36,280 nucleotides of DNA from Candidatus Brocadiaceae bacterium (GCA_030018855.1 JASEHG010000001.1:1-36280), one strand, 5' to 3'; positions 21,694-30,628 are shown, counted from the stretch's first letter. The notes: generated from the sequence alone by a model not told the origin. Made by a program: numbers and translations.

Positions 21694-23816
21694 AGGGCTA
21701 GTTCCTCTACGTCCCCTTTTATACGTAACTCCCATCTATCCCCTGGCCGCATAGAGAGTTGCCACAGTGGGAGGACGGTAGAACCCTGGTACACCTTTTC
21801 AAAGCCCGATTCGCTCTGGGATACGGTCATGAGGGGCATCAGCCATAGTTCAGCCTCCTTGTCCCACCCGAGGGATACCCTCAGGCCTAGGTGCTCGTCC
21901 ACCAGAAAGACCTTTTTCTTTTGGGAAAAACTCTCAGAGATGGCGAGGTGCCCCACTCTGTCCTCGTCGTCCAGTAAGTAGTACCTCCCCTCTGCCTCCC
22001 CTGCCGACATGGAGAGGTTAAATTCTACACCGAAGTTACACACAATCTCCTTTTTAGAGATATTAGCCAGGCTGTAAGCAATGTTCAGGCTGGGAGTCAG
22101 GCCGTCTAAATCCACCTGCTTCCTTATCAATAACGAGTCCCTTTCCCCCTGGATGGTACAATGGCGATAGAGTTTTAAGCTGACCCCATCGGGTCTTTCC
22201 TCAAACCGGCACTGGTAGGGTGCAGTCAAGGAGTCCCCCAGTTGAGTGAGTTTCCCCTGGAGGCAGTCCTCCAGGGCGGCCTGGGGTGGCAAGAGGTGGT
22301 CTATCAGCCCCTCCTTAAGGTAGCCATCGTAGTGGAGCCTCTGCTTGAGTTCCTCTTCTACCTGGGGAATGATGTCATGGATGCTCTTAACGTCTCCTAC
22401 GTGCGTCTGAGGTCTTGCCTCAAGGATCTTTTTGTGATAGGCCTCCTCCCTTCTACTAAGGGTGTTGAGGAGGTTCAGTCCCCTGGGTTTATAGTCCAGC
22501 TCATAGAGGTGTCCCCCCCTATCGGGCTTGAAGTAGGCATTGAGGAGGGGGTTGGTGAGTTTGAACTCCTCATGGGTATCCAGGTCAAAGTCCCTGACCT
22601 CTACGTGGGCCCCCGTGCTGGAGCCGCACAGAGACTCCGCCAGGAGGAGGTGCTGGTACACGGCACTGCGGAGGTGAGGGAGATACAGTCCCCCAAAGAC
22701 ACCGTGCCAGTAGGAGTCGTTACACTGGGCCTGGTAGAGTTCCTTTTGGGCATCCCCCCTGCCCTCCTTTTCTAAAGAGGGGACAGGGGAGATTTCTGTC
22801 ACTTTCTGGCTCACCTCTAGCATCCTGGCATACATTTGATGGGCCTCCGGGTATTTGACCCTGAAGTTTCTCCACGTGCCCCCTTTGAGGAATTGCCTGG
22901 CCACGTGCCCCCAGGGCTGGTTGGCCATAGCCCTGGAGACCTCTTCATACTCCATGAGACCCCTGGATGGCAAGGCCCACTCCATCATCTCCCTGTAGGA
23001 GGCGTCGGGGAGATAGACCCTGCCCCTGTGGGGCAATCTCTCCACTGCCTCTCTGAATGTGGTAGTCCTTATCCAATCCTTATTCCTCCTGAGGGTCTCT
23101 AAGAACTGTTCCAGCCAGCCCTCTTCATATACGTGCTTATAGGTCTTTGGCCAGCTCCCAAACTTCTCCCCGTCATCCGCATATACCAGGAGGGCATTAT
23201 CTCTTTGCTGTGCAAACTGGCGGAGGTATTCTACGGTCTTTTCTGGATGCTCAAACGGGATGCAGTACCTGAGTCGCTCGCTTCCAGGAAAGATTTTTAG
23301 TATCTCACCTTCGTCCTCGGTGAGGAAGTAACCGTCCAGCTCTTTCTCCTCCAGTCCTGCGTGCCTGAAGTGGGAGTCGTCCACCACCGTGTACTCCACC
23401 CCTGCCTCCCTGAGGGAGCTTACCAGGGACTGTTCCCACACCCTCTCTGCCAGCCAGATTCCTTTGGCCTCGGCATCCAGGTGGGTGTTAAGCCACCGGG
23501 TATAAGAGCGTATCTGCCCCAGTCTGTCTCTCTTTGGGAGCATTACCAGGATAGGTTCGTAGAATCCGCCCCCTAGGAGTTCTACCTGTCCCTTCCGTAC
23601 CATGGAATGGATGTACTCAAAGACCCTGGGCTTGTGGGTTTTTATCCACTCAAGTAGTCCGCCCGAATAATGGAGTACCAGGCGTACGTCCGGGTACCTT
23701 TCCATGATTTTAAGGAAGGGTTCGTAGGCCCTGGAGCATACCTCCTCAAAGACCCAGTGGAAGTTGCCGACCGGTTGATGGTTATGCAGGGCAAGGATTA
23801 GGTTTACGCGGTTCAT
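21690..23816 (-). CDS. GH57-family glycoside hydrolase no.2 (4-alpha-glucanotransferase / alpha-amylase-like architecture with DUF1925/DUF1926-type C-terminal domains)
   Basis: N-terminus LILALHNHQPVGNF, nucleophile region GIWLAERVWE, and acid/base region YADDGEKFG. Confidence 0.8.
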   Translation of the reverse strand: MNRVNLILALHNHQPVGNFHWVFEEVCSRAYEPFLKIMERYPDVRLVLHYSGGLLEWIKTHKPRVFEYIHSMVRKGQVELLGGGFYEPILVMLPKRDRLGQIRSYTRWLNTHLDAEAKGIWLAERVWEQSLVSSLREAGVEYTVVDDSHFRHAGLEEKELDGYFLTEDEGEILKIFPGSERLRYCIPFEHPEKTVEYLRQFAQQRDNALLVYADDGEKFGSWPKTYKHVYEEGWLEQFLETLRRNKDWIRTTTFREAVERLPHRGRVYLPDASYREMMEWALPSRGLMEYEEVSRAMANQPWGHVARQFLKGGTWRNFRVKYPEAHQMYARMLEVSQKVTEISPVPSLEKEGRGDAQKELYQAQCNDSYWHGVFGGLYLPHLRSAVYQHLLLAESLCGSSTGAHVEVRDFDLDTHEEFKLTNPLLNAYFKPDRGGHLYELDYKPRGLNLLNTLSRREEAYHKKILEARPQTHVGDVKSIHDIIPQVEEELKQRLHYDGYLKEGLIDHLLPPQAALEDCLQGKLTQLGDSLTAPYQCRFEERPDGVSLKLYRHCTIQGERDSLLIRKQVDLDGLTPSLNIAYSLANISKKEIVCNFGVEFNLSMSAGEAEGRYYLLDDEDRVGHLAISESFSQKKKVFLVDEHLGLRVSLGWDKEAELWLMPLMTVSQSESGFEKVYQGSTVLPLWQLSMRPGDRWELRIKGDVEELAL

Positions 23817-23828
23817 CTGGTGGCCTTC

Positions 23829-23862
23829 CTTAAACTCTTAAACTTTTGAACCTTTAAACTCT
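23829..23862. repeat. TTAAACTC/TTGAACC repeat tract, complementary to the tract at 16735-16785
   Basis: The reverse complement ggttcaaaagtttaagagtttaag matches 21 of 24 nt of ggttcaaaggtttaaaagttcaag. Confidence 0.65.
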
Positions 23863-25299
23863 TTTTCTTTGGTAAAGCTCAACGTACTCTCTTGCACTCT
23901 TATCCCAGGACCAGTCCTGGAGCATACCCCGCCTCACGAGTTCGGTCCACTGGGTGGTGTTGCGGTAGGCCTCCAGTGCCCGCTTGATTGTACTAATCAT
24001 TTCCGAGGTATTACTGGAGTCAAAGGTGAACCCTACTTGCTCGTCCACCGTATCCACCAGTCCCCCCGTTCGCCTTACGATGGGTACCGTACCATATTTG
24101 AGGCTGTAAAGCTGGTTGAGGCCGCAGGGCTCAAATTTAGAAGGCATGAGGAACATGTCTGAGCCGGCCTCTATCTCGTGGGAGAGGCGGTTATCAAAGC
24201 CAATGTTTATTGATGCCTTTCCTGGATACCTGGAGACCCTGGACTTCAGGGCCTCTTCGTAAGGCTGGTCTCCCTTCCCCAGGAGGACTAGCTCCAGGTC
24301 TAGTCCCATTAGCTCCTCCCACCCTTCCAGGAGCAGGTCCACCCCTTTCTGTTCAGCCAACCTCCCTATCCATCCTATTACCGGTACGTCCTCCCTCTCT
24401 TTGAGTCCGCACTTCTTCTGGAGGTGTCTCTTGCAGGCCCTTTTCCCCTTCAGGTTTTTAGGGCTGTATCTGGAGGGGATGAGTTTGTCCTTGTCTGGAT
24501 TCCAGGTGTTGTAGTCCACGCCGTTTACTATCCCGAAGAGGTCTTTGGAACGCTCCTGGAGGACGCCATCCAGGCCGCGGCCGAACTCCTGGCTCTGTAT
24601 CTCCTGGGCGTAGCGTCTGCTTACGGTAGTAATAAGGTCAGAGAAGACCAGTCCTGCCTTGAGGACGTTTAGCTTCCCATGGTACTCCAACTGCTTCCAG
24701 TTAAAGTAACTCCAGTCCAGTCCTGTCAGGGGCATATCCTCTTTAGGGAATAGACCCTGGTAGGCTAGGTTGTGGACGGTGAAGACCGTAAGGGTATTGC
24801 GGAAGGAGGCGTCTCCCTGGTAGATGGTCTTCAAATAGGCCGGGGCCAGGGCGGACTGCCAGTCATTGGCGTGGAGGACGTCGGGGGTCAGGCCCAGGGC
24901 CTTAATGGTCTCCAGTACCGCCTTGGAGAAGAATGCAAACCTCTCGCAGTTATCCTTGTAGTCAAGCCCCGTGGCGGGGTCTTTGTAAGGCTCAGCCCTT
25001 TCAAAGTACTCTGCGTTTTCAATAAAGTACACTGGTATACGCGTGTCGGGCATATAGGAGGAATAGACAAGCCCGATAGAGGTCTTGTTGGGCATGGGTA
25101 CGGCGATGGTAATCTTGGTAGGAGACAGGGAGAATTCCTTGCGGTTGACCTGTTTGTAGAGGGGCATAAAGAGGCAGACCTTGTGGCCCAGTTTTGCTAC
25201 ACTCTTGGGTAGTGCGCCCAGGACGTCTCCCAACCCGCCGGTCCTTGCAAATGGGTCTATCTCTGGGGATATATAGACGATATTGAGCTTCTGACTCAT
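23854..25299 (-). CDS. glgA: Glycogen synthase (ADP-glucose-type, GT5)
   Basis: N-terminus SPEIDPFARTGGLGDV, and the C-terminal block PSKFEPCGLNQLYSLKYGTVPIVRRTGGLVDTV. Confidence 0.95.
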   Translation of the reverse strand: MSQKLNIVYISPEIDPFARTGGLGDVLGALPKSVAKLGHKVCLFMPLYKQVNRKEFSLSPTKITIAVPMPNKTSIGLVYSSYMPDTRIPVYFIENAEYFERAEPYKDPATGLDYKDNCERFAFFSKAVLETIKALGLTPDVLHANDWQSALAPAYLKTIYQGDASFRNTLTVFTVHNLAYQGLFPKEDMPLTGLDWSYFNWKQLEYHGKLNVLKAGLVFSDLITTVSRRYAQEIQSQEFGRGLDGVLQERSKDLFGIVNGVDYNTWNPDKDKLIPSRYSPKNLKGKRACKRHLQKKCGLKEREDVPVIGWIGRLAEQKGVDLLLEGWEELMGLDLELVLLGKGDQPYEEALKSRVSRYPGKASINIGFDNRLSHEIEAGSDMFLMPSKFEPCGLNQLYSLKYGTVPIVRRTGGLVDTVDEQVGFTFDSSNTSEMISTIKRALEAYRNTTQWTELVRRGMLQDWSWDKSAREYVELYQRKRV

Positions 25300-25318
25300 A
25301 TTTTAAGTTCCTCCAAAA

Positions 25319-25383
25319 CCAGCAGTAGATAGTAAGCAGAAGGCACTGCTTTCTGCTTACTTCTTACTCCTTACTGCCTACTG
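25319..25383. repeat. Heptamer-arm hairpin (GTAAGCA/CAGTAGA units) between the GalT-like gene and glgA
   Basis: 10-bp perfect core: gtaagcagaa (25332-25341) pairs with ttctgcttac (25351-25360). Confidence 0.8.
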
Positions 25384-26388
25384 TTTTTTAGTTGGTTTTA
25401 CCTGTCTAAGATATTCTGCCGCATTCTCTGGGGGCACGGGGTTGATGTAGAATCCAGTACCCCACTCAAAACCTGCCACCCTGGTGAGTCTGGGGATTAT
25501 CTCTATGTGCCAGTGGTAATAATCCAGTTCCGGGTGGTCAAAGGGACTGGTGTGGATGATGAAGTTGTAGGGGGGTTGCTCAAGACTGCCTTCCAGCTTG
25601 GCCAGGGCAGTCCACAGGGTCTCTGCCAGTTCTTCTACCTCAAACTTCTGGATGTTCTCAAAATGGGAAGAATGGTTCTTGGGTAGTATCCACAGTTCAA
25701 AAGGGAACCTGGAGGCATAGGGGGTAAAGGTGCAGAAGTAGGTGCCGTCTAATACTATTCGGCTGGCCGTAGATATCTCCTGTCTCATCATGTCGCAGAA
25801 GAGGCATCTTCCCCTGTACTTGTAGAAGGCGAGACTGCCTTCCATTTCCGTGGCTACCACGAGGGGGACAATAGGGGTAACGATGAGCTGGGTATGGGTA
25901 TGCTCAAGGCTGGCCCCGGCCGTGGCCCCCACGTTCTTGAAGAGCATACCGTATATCATCCTCTTGTCCTTCTTCAGGTCAACCAACCTGTCCCTGTAGG
26001 TCCAGATTACCTCCTGGATGTAGCGAGGTTCCAGGTCTGTGAGGGAGATGACGTGCTGGGGGCATTCTATTATTACCTCGTGGGCGCCTATACCGTTCAT
26101 AAGGTCATAAATGCCGTCTCCGCGCTTGCTGAGTTCGCCTTCTATCTTGAGGGCGGGGAATTTGTTTGGCACCACCCTTACCCTCCATCCCCTGGAATTA
26201 GGGCTGCTTCCGCGCTCCCTGTAGGCCATAATCTCTGGCGGGGTCTTGTCCTCGTTCCCCGCGCAGAAGGGGCAGAAGTTACCCTTTATAGCGGAAGGGG
26301 CGGTGATAAAATCAGAGGGCCTGAGGGCCCTTTCTGTGGCAATGATTACCCATCTCCCAGATACGGGTTCTTTTCTTAGTTCAGGCAT
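25378..26388 (-). CDS. GalT-family (HIT superfamily branch III) hexose-1-phosphate nucleotidyltransferase/phosphorylase
   Basis: CPFCAGNE Zn motif and the HxHxQ active site (EHTHTQ). The start is set at the ATG at 26388, preceded by AAGGAG. The TTG-extended ORF runs into the repeat. Confidence 0.8.
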   Translation of the reverse strand: MPELRKEPVSGRWVIIATERALRPSDFITAPSAIKGNFCPFCAGNEDKTPPEIMAYRERGSSPNSRGWRVRVVPNKFPALKIEGELSKRGDGIYDLMNGIGAHEVIIECPQHVISLTDLEPRYIQEVIWTYRDRLVDLKKDKRMIYGMLFKNVGATAGASLEHTHTQLIVTPIVPLVVATEMEGSLAFYKYRGRCLFCDMMRQEISTASRIVLDGTYFCTFTPYASRFPFELWILPKNHSSHFENIQKFEVEELAETLWTALAKLEGSLEQPPYNFIIHTSPFDHPELDYYHWHIEIIPRLTRVAGFEWGTGFYINPVPPENAAEYLRQVKPTKKQ

Positions 26389-26402
26389 AGAGTCTCCTTT
26401 TT

Positions 26403-26467
26403 CAGTAGACGGCAAACAGTAGACAGCATACAGGGATAGTGATACCCCTGTCTACTGTCTACTGTCT
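26403..26467. repeat. Heptamer-arm hairpin (CAGTAGA units) between GH57 no.3 and the GalT-like gene
   Basis: acagtagacag (26416-26426) pairs with ctgtctactgt (26448-26458). Confidence 0.8.
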
Positions 26468-26474
26468 CCTTGCC

Positions 26475-28637
26475 TCACACCTGCCAGAATATCCTCTCAA
26501 AGTCCCTGGTAGGGGTGGTGAAGGCGAAGGGAAAGTGGTCTGGCAGTCTCTCCGTTACCTGTCCCTCCCGCTCTATCTCTACCAGAAATTCGGCATTTTC
26601 TCCAGGGGAAAGGCCAAGCTCCTGGAAGGGGCATCTGAGTTCCAGCACCTCTACGGCCGCTACTGCCTCCGGTACTATCCTAGGGGTGGTTTCACCTTTC
26701 TTGATGACTTCCAGGCCCTTTATGGGCTGTGGTGCTCCGGTCACCTGGAGCCTGACCTCTGCGGGGAGGAGGAAGATTACGGCCAGGCGGTCGCGTGTTG
26801 AGAAACGACTCAGGGCCCCTTCTTCAAAGTCTAGCCGTAGGAAGAAGTTCTCTTCATCAAAGCCAAAATACACCCCTCTAATAATCCCCCCGGAGGCCCT
26901 GTGCATTACCGGGGTATCTCTGGAGGCCCTGTAATAACCCGCCGCCACCCACTCAAAGAAACTGCTCACGCGTCCATCCAGCCGCACCTTTAGGAAACCT
27001 TTGGGTGTGGTGTAGGGTCTCTTCTTGCCGAGTTGGATTATGGGGAGGTCAAGTGACCTGGGGCTTTCGGATGCGCTAAATTTATATACGTTCTTCAGGT
27101 GGGTGCGGAAGAGTCTGTCAAAGACTTCGTCGTAGGCCGAGGAGTGGTCGTCCCCGTACCACCAGTACCAGTCACTCCCCTCACTGATGTATATGCACTC
27201 CTGGGCCAGTTCCTTATGGTTCACGCCCAGGTCCGGCCGCTTCTTCAAGAAGTCCCTGGTCTCCGCCACGTACTCCCAGGCCCGGTTCTTTTCTGCGTGG
27301 CCTACCCACGTGGCCAGGTTATGGTTTATCCACGAACCGGCGTAAAGGTCTCGCAAGGTATCCTGGGGGGGATGCCTCTCCAGGTAGTCGCTCACCCTCG
27401 TCGTCTCAATCCCTCTTTGTCGGGAAATCCCCCTGTAGAGTTCTCTCAGAAAGTCTAGCCCATTATGAGGATAGAACTCCCATGCGTTCTCTCCATCCAG
27501 GATTACGCTTACAAGGAGGGGCCGCTCGCCCCTGCCCGGCGCAATCCTCCCTAGAAAGTCTTCTACTGCGGCATGAGGGCTGTACCTCTGGTACTCAAAA
27601 CCGATGAGGTCAGAGAGGCGGTGGTCACGGAAGATTATCTGGGTCTGAGCCCCCTCGTATTCCAGGCGGTAGGGTTTATACAGGGTCTGGGGTTGATTCA
27701 CCCGCCCCTGGTGGTCACGGCCAAAGGTGGTATGTAGCGTCCTGGCCAGGATGTCTTCATCCGAGGCCATCCACTTGAGGCCGGCCCCGTTCAGGATGGG
27801 TACGAGATGCGGACTGACGGCCCCCTCCGAGGGCCAGAGGCCCTTTGGTCTACGGCCGAAGAACCTCTCATGGGTCTCCACCGCCTTCTGCACCTGGGCG
27901 ACCGCATCCTCTCCGGCCTCCAGCCTCCTCCGGGGCAGGGGGAGTTGCGGCAGGGCCTGCTGGGCCGTCCTGGGTTCGCAGAGGAGGGGGAGGATGGCAT
28001 GGTAGAAGGGGCTGGTGGTGGTCTCTGTCTGCCCGGAGGCCTCCAGTCCTCTGTGCAACTTTATTATCCTGTCTATGACCTCAGTCTGTTTAGCCAGTAC
28101 CATCCGCTTTTCTTCCTGTGAGAAGCCATGGCCCTTTTGGAAGAGGGACTGGAGGTCTCTATCTCCCTCTACCACCAGGGGGTGGAACCAGGTGAGGTTG
28201 GCCCATACCTGGAGGTCTCTGAGGTCTCTGTGGCTAAAGTCTCTTATTGCACTATCTGCGGTCTTTTTCCCGAAGGCCCGTTTCCTGAGGAGTTCCCTGT
28301 AGCGGGGATACGGCTCTATCATCCGTTCCCAGTTGGCAGAGAAGAAGTTGTCTATAAGGAAGAGGGCGTCCTTTTCCAGCAGTTCACTGGGTTCCAATTC
28401 ACTGAGTTTCTGGAACTTGTCCCTGGCCTTCCCCTGGGCATACTCCTCCAGTTGGACGAGCAGGCACGGAACGAAATTGAAATTCTGCCGGATTTCTGGA
28501 AATTCCTTCAGTATAAGCCCCATGCCTATGTAGTCCTTAATGGCATGGAACCTCACCCAGGGCAGGAGGTACTCCCCCGTACTGAGGTCCTTATAAAAAG
28601 GCTGGTGAAAGTGCCAGAGAAAGGCGATGTATATCAT
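26475..28637 (-). CDS. GH57-family glycoside hydrolase no.3 (720 aa, specificity unknown)
   Basis: N-terminus FLWHFHQPFY, nucleophile region GLWPSEGAVS, and acid/base region ILDGENAWEF. Confidence 0.8.
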   Translation of the reverse strand: MIYIAFLWHFHQPFYKDLSTGEYLLPWVRFHAIKDYIGMGLILKEFPEIRQNFNFVPCLLVQLEEYAQGKARDKFQKLSELEPSELLEKDALFLIDNFFSANWERMIEPYPRYRELLRKRAFGKKTADSAIRDFSHRDLRDLQVWANLTWFHPLVVEGDRDLQSLFQKGHGFSQEEKRMVLAKQTEVIDRIIKLHRGLEASGQTETTTSPFYHAILPLLCEPRTAQQALPQLPLPRRRLEAGEDAVAQVQKAVETHERFFGRRPKGLWPSEGAVSPHLVPILNGAGLKWMASDEDILARTLHTTFGRDHQGRVNQPQTLYKPYRLEYEGAQTQIIFRDHRLSDLIGFEYQRYSPHAAVEDFLGRIAPGRGERPLLVSVILDGENAWEFYPHNGLDFLRELYRGISRQRGIETTRVSDYLERHPPQDTLRDLYAGSWINHNLATWVGHAEKNRAWEYVAETRDFLKKRPDLGVNHKELAQECIYISEGSDWYWWYGDDHSSAYDEVFDRLFRTHLKNVYKFSASESPRSLDLPIIQLGKKRPYTTPKGFLKVRLDGRVSSFFEWVAAGYYRASRDTPVMHRASGGIIRGVYFGFDEENFFLRLDFEEGALSRFSTRDRLAVIFLLPAEVRLQVTGAPQPIKGLEVIKKGETTPRIVPEAVAAVEVLELRCPFQELGLSPGENAEFLVEIEREGQVTERLPDHFPFAFTTPTRDFERIFWQV

Positions 28638-28660
28638 AATTACGTAGCCAGTCCAGTAGC

Positions 28661-28684
28661 GTAGTCGCAGGCTTTAGCCTGCGG
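28661..28684. repeat. Palindrome GTAGTCGCAGGCTTTAGCCTGCGG (CGCAGGC family copy 2)
   Basis: It matches 3147-3170 and 32619-32642. Confidence 0.9.
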
Positions 28685-28685
28685 A

Positions 28686-28753
28686 CAGTAGTCAGTAAAC
28701 AGCGGGCAGTATAACAGTTTTTCCTACCTACTGTCTACTGTACGTTGTCTACT
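28686..28753. repeat. Heptamer-arm hairpin (CAGTAGT/CAGTAAA units)
   Basis: cagtagtcagtaaacagcgggcagtataacag - ttttt - cctacctactgtctactgtacgttgtctact. Confidence 0.7.
28708..28737 (-). promoter_or_regulatory. Weak candidate promoter for the glycogen operon (TAGACA, 18 nt, TATACT on the minus strand), built from the repeat units themselves
   Basis: Hexamers read on the minus strand, about 70 nt upstream of the GH57 no.3 ATG. Confidence 0.25.
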
Positions 28754-28766
28754 TTGAAAGGCGTAC

Positions 28767-28796
28767 TTGCAAAAAGGGTTAATAGGTGGTAAAAAT
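28767..28796 (+). promoter_or_regulatory. Candidate promoter for the PpiD-like gene (TTGCAA, 17-18 nt, TAAAAAT)
   Basis: Read on the plus strand, about 105 nt upstream of the ATG. SD AAAGGAG precedes the start. Confidence 0.35.
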
Positions 28797-28901
28797 GAGA
28801 ATTGGTCAACTGCCTGCCTTAGGTGGGTTAGCAATCGGAAGACCAAAGACTGATAACTGAAGACTGACAACCGAAAACCGTTCTAAAAGGAGCCCGGTTA
28901 C

Positions 28902-30623
28902 ATGCTTGCTTGGTTGAGGAGTCAAAAGAAGAGGGTTTATATAATCATGGTCTTTGCCATGGCGGCCTGGGGTATCGGGTACTCGGCCTCCTATTTAATC
29001 CCCAGGAAGCCAATAGGGTCTATCCTGGGCGAAAAGATATATCAGGAGGAGTACGGCGACGCCATGAACCGCTGGCACAGGGTCTTCCTCAGGGAGGGGA
29101 ACCTGCCCATTGGTAAGATAGTCTGGGAACAAATGGTCATGTCCAGACAGGCCGAGAAGATGGGGATTGCCGTAAGCGATGAGGAGATTATGGAGAGACT
29201 GCAAAGCATGGCCTTTCTTACCATGAGTCACAGGGGCGGATTACCACCGCAGTCCCAGTTAATACAGGCCCTCTGTCAGACCTACAGCATTAACGAAGAC
29301 CAGCTCTGGAGGACCTTCAGGGAGGCCATCCTCGTAGAAAAGATGAGCACCCTCATTGCCAGCGGGATAAAGATTACCAACGAAGAGGCCTGGCAGAGAT
29401 ACGCAAGGGAGAATGAAGAGGTCAAGGTGCAATACCTGGCCCTGAGGGCTGGTGACCTGGTGGACCACGTGCAAGTAAGCCCGGAGGAGATTGGCTCTTT
29501 CTATAACGCCCACAAGGATAACCTGCCTAACCCTCCACGGGGTGAACCAGGGTATAAGGAGACTGAGAAGGTAAAGATTGAGTATGTTATGGCCCGGTAC
29601 AGGGACCTGGAGGATAGGGTCTCCGTGTCCGAGGAGGAGGTAAAATCTTACTACGAAGATAATAAGGAAAGACGTTATAAGGTACAGAAACCAGAGAAGG
29701 CCAAAGAAGAAGGAAAGGAACCACCTCCTGCTTATAAGTCACTGGAAGAGGTGCGAGGGGAGATAAAGGATTCTCTCAAGAGGGAGAAGTCAAAGGAACT
29801 GGTCAACAAACTTATCAGCCAGGCAGATGAGGAGATTTACGAGAGTCTGGGGAAGGCGGAACGTCTAAGTTTCTCCACCATAGCCCAGAAGTTGGGCCTT
29901 TTCTATAAAGAGACTGATTACTTTGGCAGGGAAGAGTCCGAGAAGGTTATAAGAGAGGCAGAAGACCTGGCCAAGCAGGCCTTTGAGAGGGAGGCCTTTG
30001 ACCCCAGCCCTCCCCAGGATGCACCGGTCGGGAAGTATATATTCCAGGTAGTCTCCAGGAAGGAGGCCTCTCCCCCACCCCTGGAAGAGATTAAGGAGAA
30101 GGTAGAAAAGGACCTGAGGGAGGAGAAGGCCCTCCAGAGGGCAAAAGAACTTGCAGACGCCGCGGCGGACAGGATAAGGAATAAATCCCTGGAAGAAGGG
30201 CTTAAGTTCCTGGAAGAAGAGGGCAAGAAACTGAGAGGAGAAAACAGGGGGCTTATTTACCAGAAGGGAGAGACCGAATTCTTTGCCAGGACAGAGGTAG
30301 TGGAAGGCAGGGCCTATCGCTACTTAAAGTCTCTGGATGCCGACGTGCCCAACCTGGTGCAGAGGGCCTTCAGCCTCAAGGAGGTAGCATCTGTCCCAGG
30401 CGGACCCCCAACAAAGGAGGTAGCCGTAGTAGCTGAGGAGGCCGGGAAAAAGGCCTGCTACATTATATGGCTGGCCGGCCGGAAAGAGGCGGAGAAGAGT
30501 AAATTTGATGAGGACAAGAAAAAACTCCTCAGGAGATACCTTACAGAGAAACAACAGACCTTCCTCAAGGAGTGGGTTGATGCCTTAAGGGAGAAAGGCA
30601 AGTTGACCAAGGCAAATATGTAG
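28902..30623 (+). CDS. PpiD-like periplasmic chaperone (N-terminal TM anchor plus SurA-N-like domain) with no recognisable parvulin PPIase domain
   Basis: N-terminal anchor RVYIIMVFAMAAWGIGY and a PpiD-like overall layout. I could not find parvulin signature residues. Confidence 0.6.
   Translation: MLAWLRSQKKRVYIIMVFAMAAWGIGYSASYLIPRKPIGSILGEKIYQEEYGDAMNRWHRVFLREGNLPIGKIVWEQMVMSRQAEKMGIAVSDEEIMERLQSMAFLTMSHRGGLPPQSQLIQALCQTYSINEDQLWRTFREAILVEKMSTLIASGIKITNEEAWQRYARENEEVKVQYLALRAGDLVDHVQVSPEEIGSFYNAHKDNLPNPPRGEPGYKETEKVKIEYVMARYRDLEDRVSVSEEEVKSYYEDNKERRYKVQKPEKAKEEGKEPPPAYKSLEEVRGEIKDSLKREKSKELVNKLISQADEEIYESLGKAERLSFSTIAQKLGLFYKETDYFGREESEKVIREAEDLAKQAFEREAFDPSPPQDAPVGKYIFQVVSRKEASPPPLEEIKEKVEKDLREEKALQRAKELADAAADRIRNKSLEEGLKFLEEEGKKLRGENRGLIYQKGETEFFARTEVVEGRAYRYLKSLDADVPNLVQRAFSLKEVASVPGGPPTKEVAVVAEEAGKKACYIIWLAGRKEAEKSKFDEDKKKLLRRYLTEKQQTFLKEWVDALREKGKLTKANM
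30383..30409 (+). repeat. In-frame copy of the TCCGCC-N3-GGCGGA-type module inside the PpiD-like gene (encodes VASVPGGPP)
   Basis: GGTAGCATCTGTCCCAGGCGGACCCCC against 33825-33851 AGTGGCATCCGCCCCAGGCGGACCCCC. Confidence 0.75.
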
Positions 30624-30628
30624 GGAAG

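Noticed and set aside
26389-26415. TTG-initiated 9-codon extension of the GalT-like ORF (MPSTEKGDS).
   Set aside because: The extension is the translation of the CAGTAGA repeat arm, and it contains the AAGGAG SD for the downstream ATG at 26388.
15438-28664. Many 60-230-aa ORFs antisense to the glycogen genes, for example 15438..16127, 17243..17827, 19231..19872, 21418..21981, 22242..22775, 24772..25212, 25894..26379, 26470..26934 and 28128..28664.
   Set aside because: Each lies wholly or largely (apart from short intergenic overhangs) within a longer, motif-supported CDS on the opposite strand. Their composition is low-complexity and rich in Pro, Gly and Arg, as is typical of antisense frames. 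None carries a recognisable motif.
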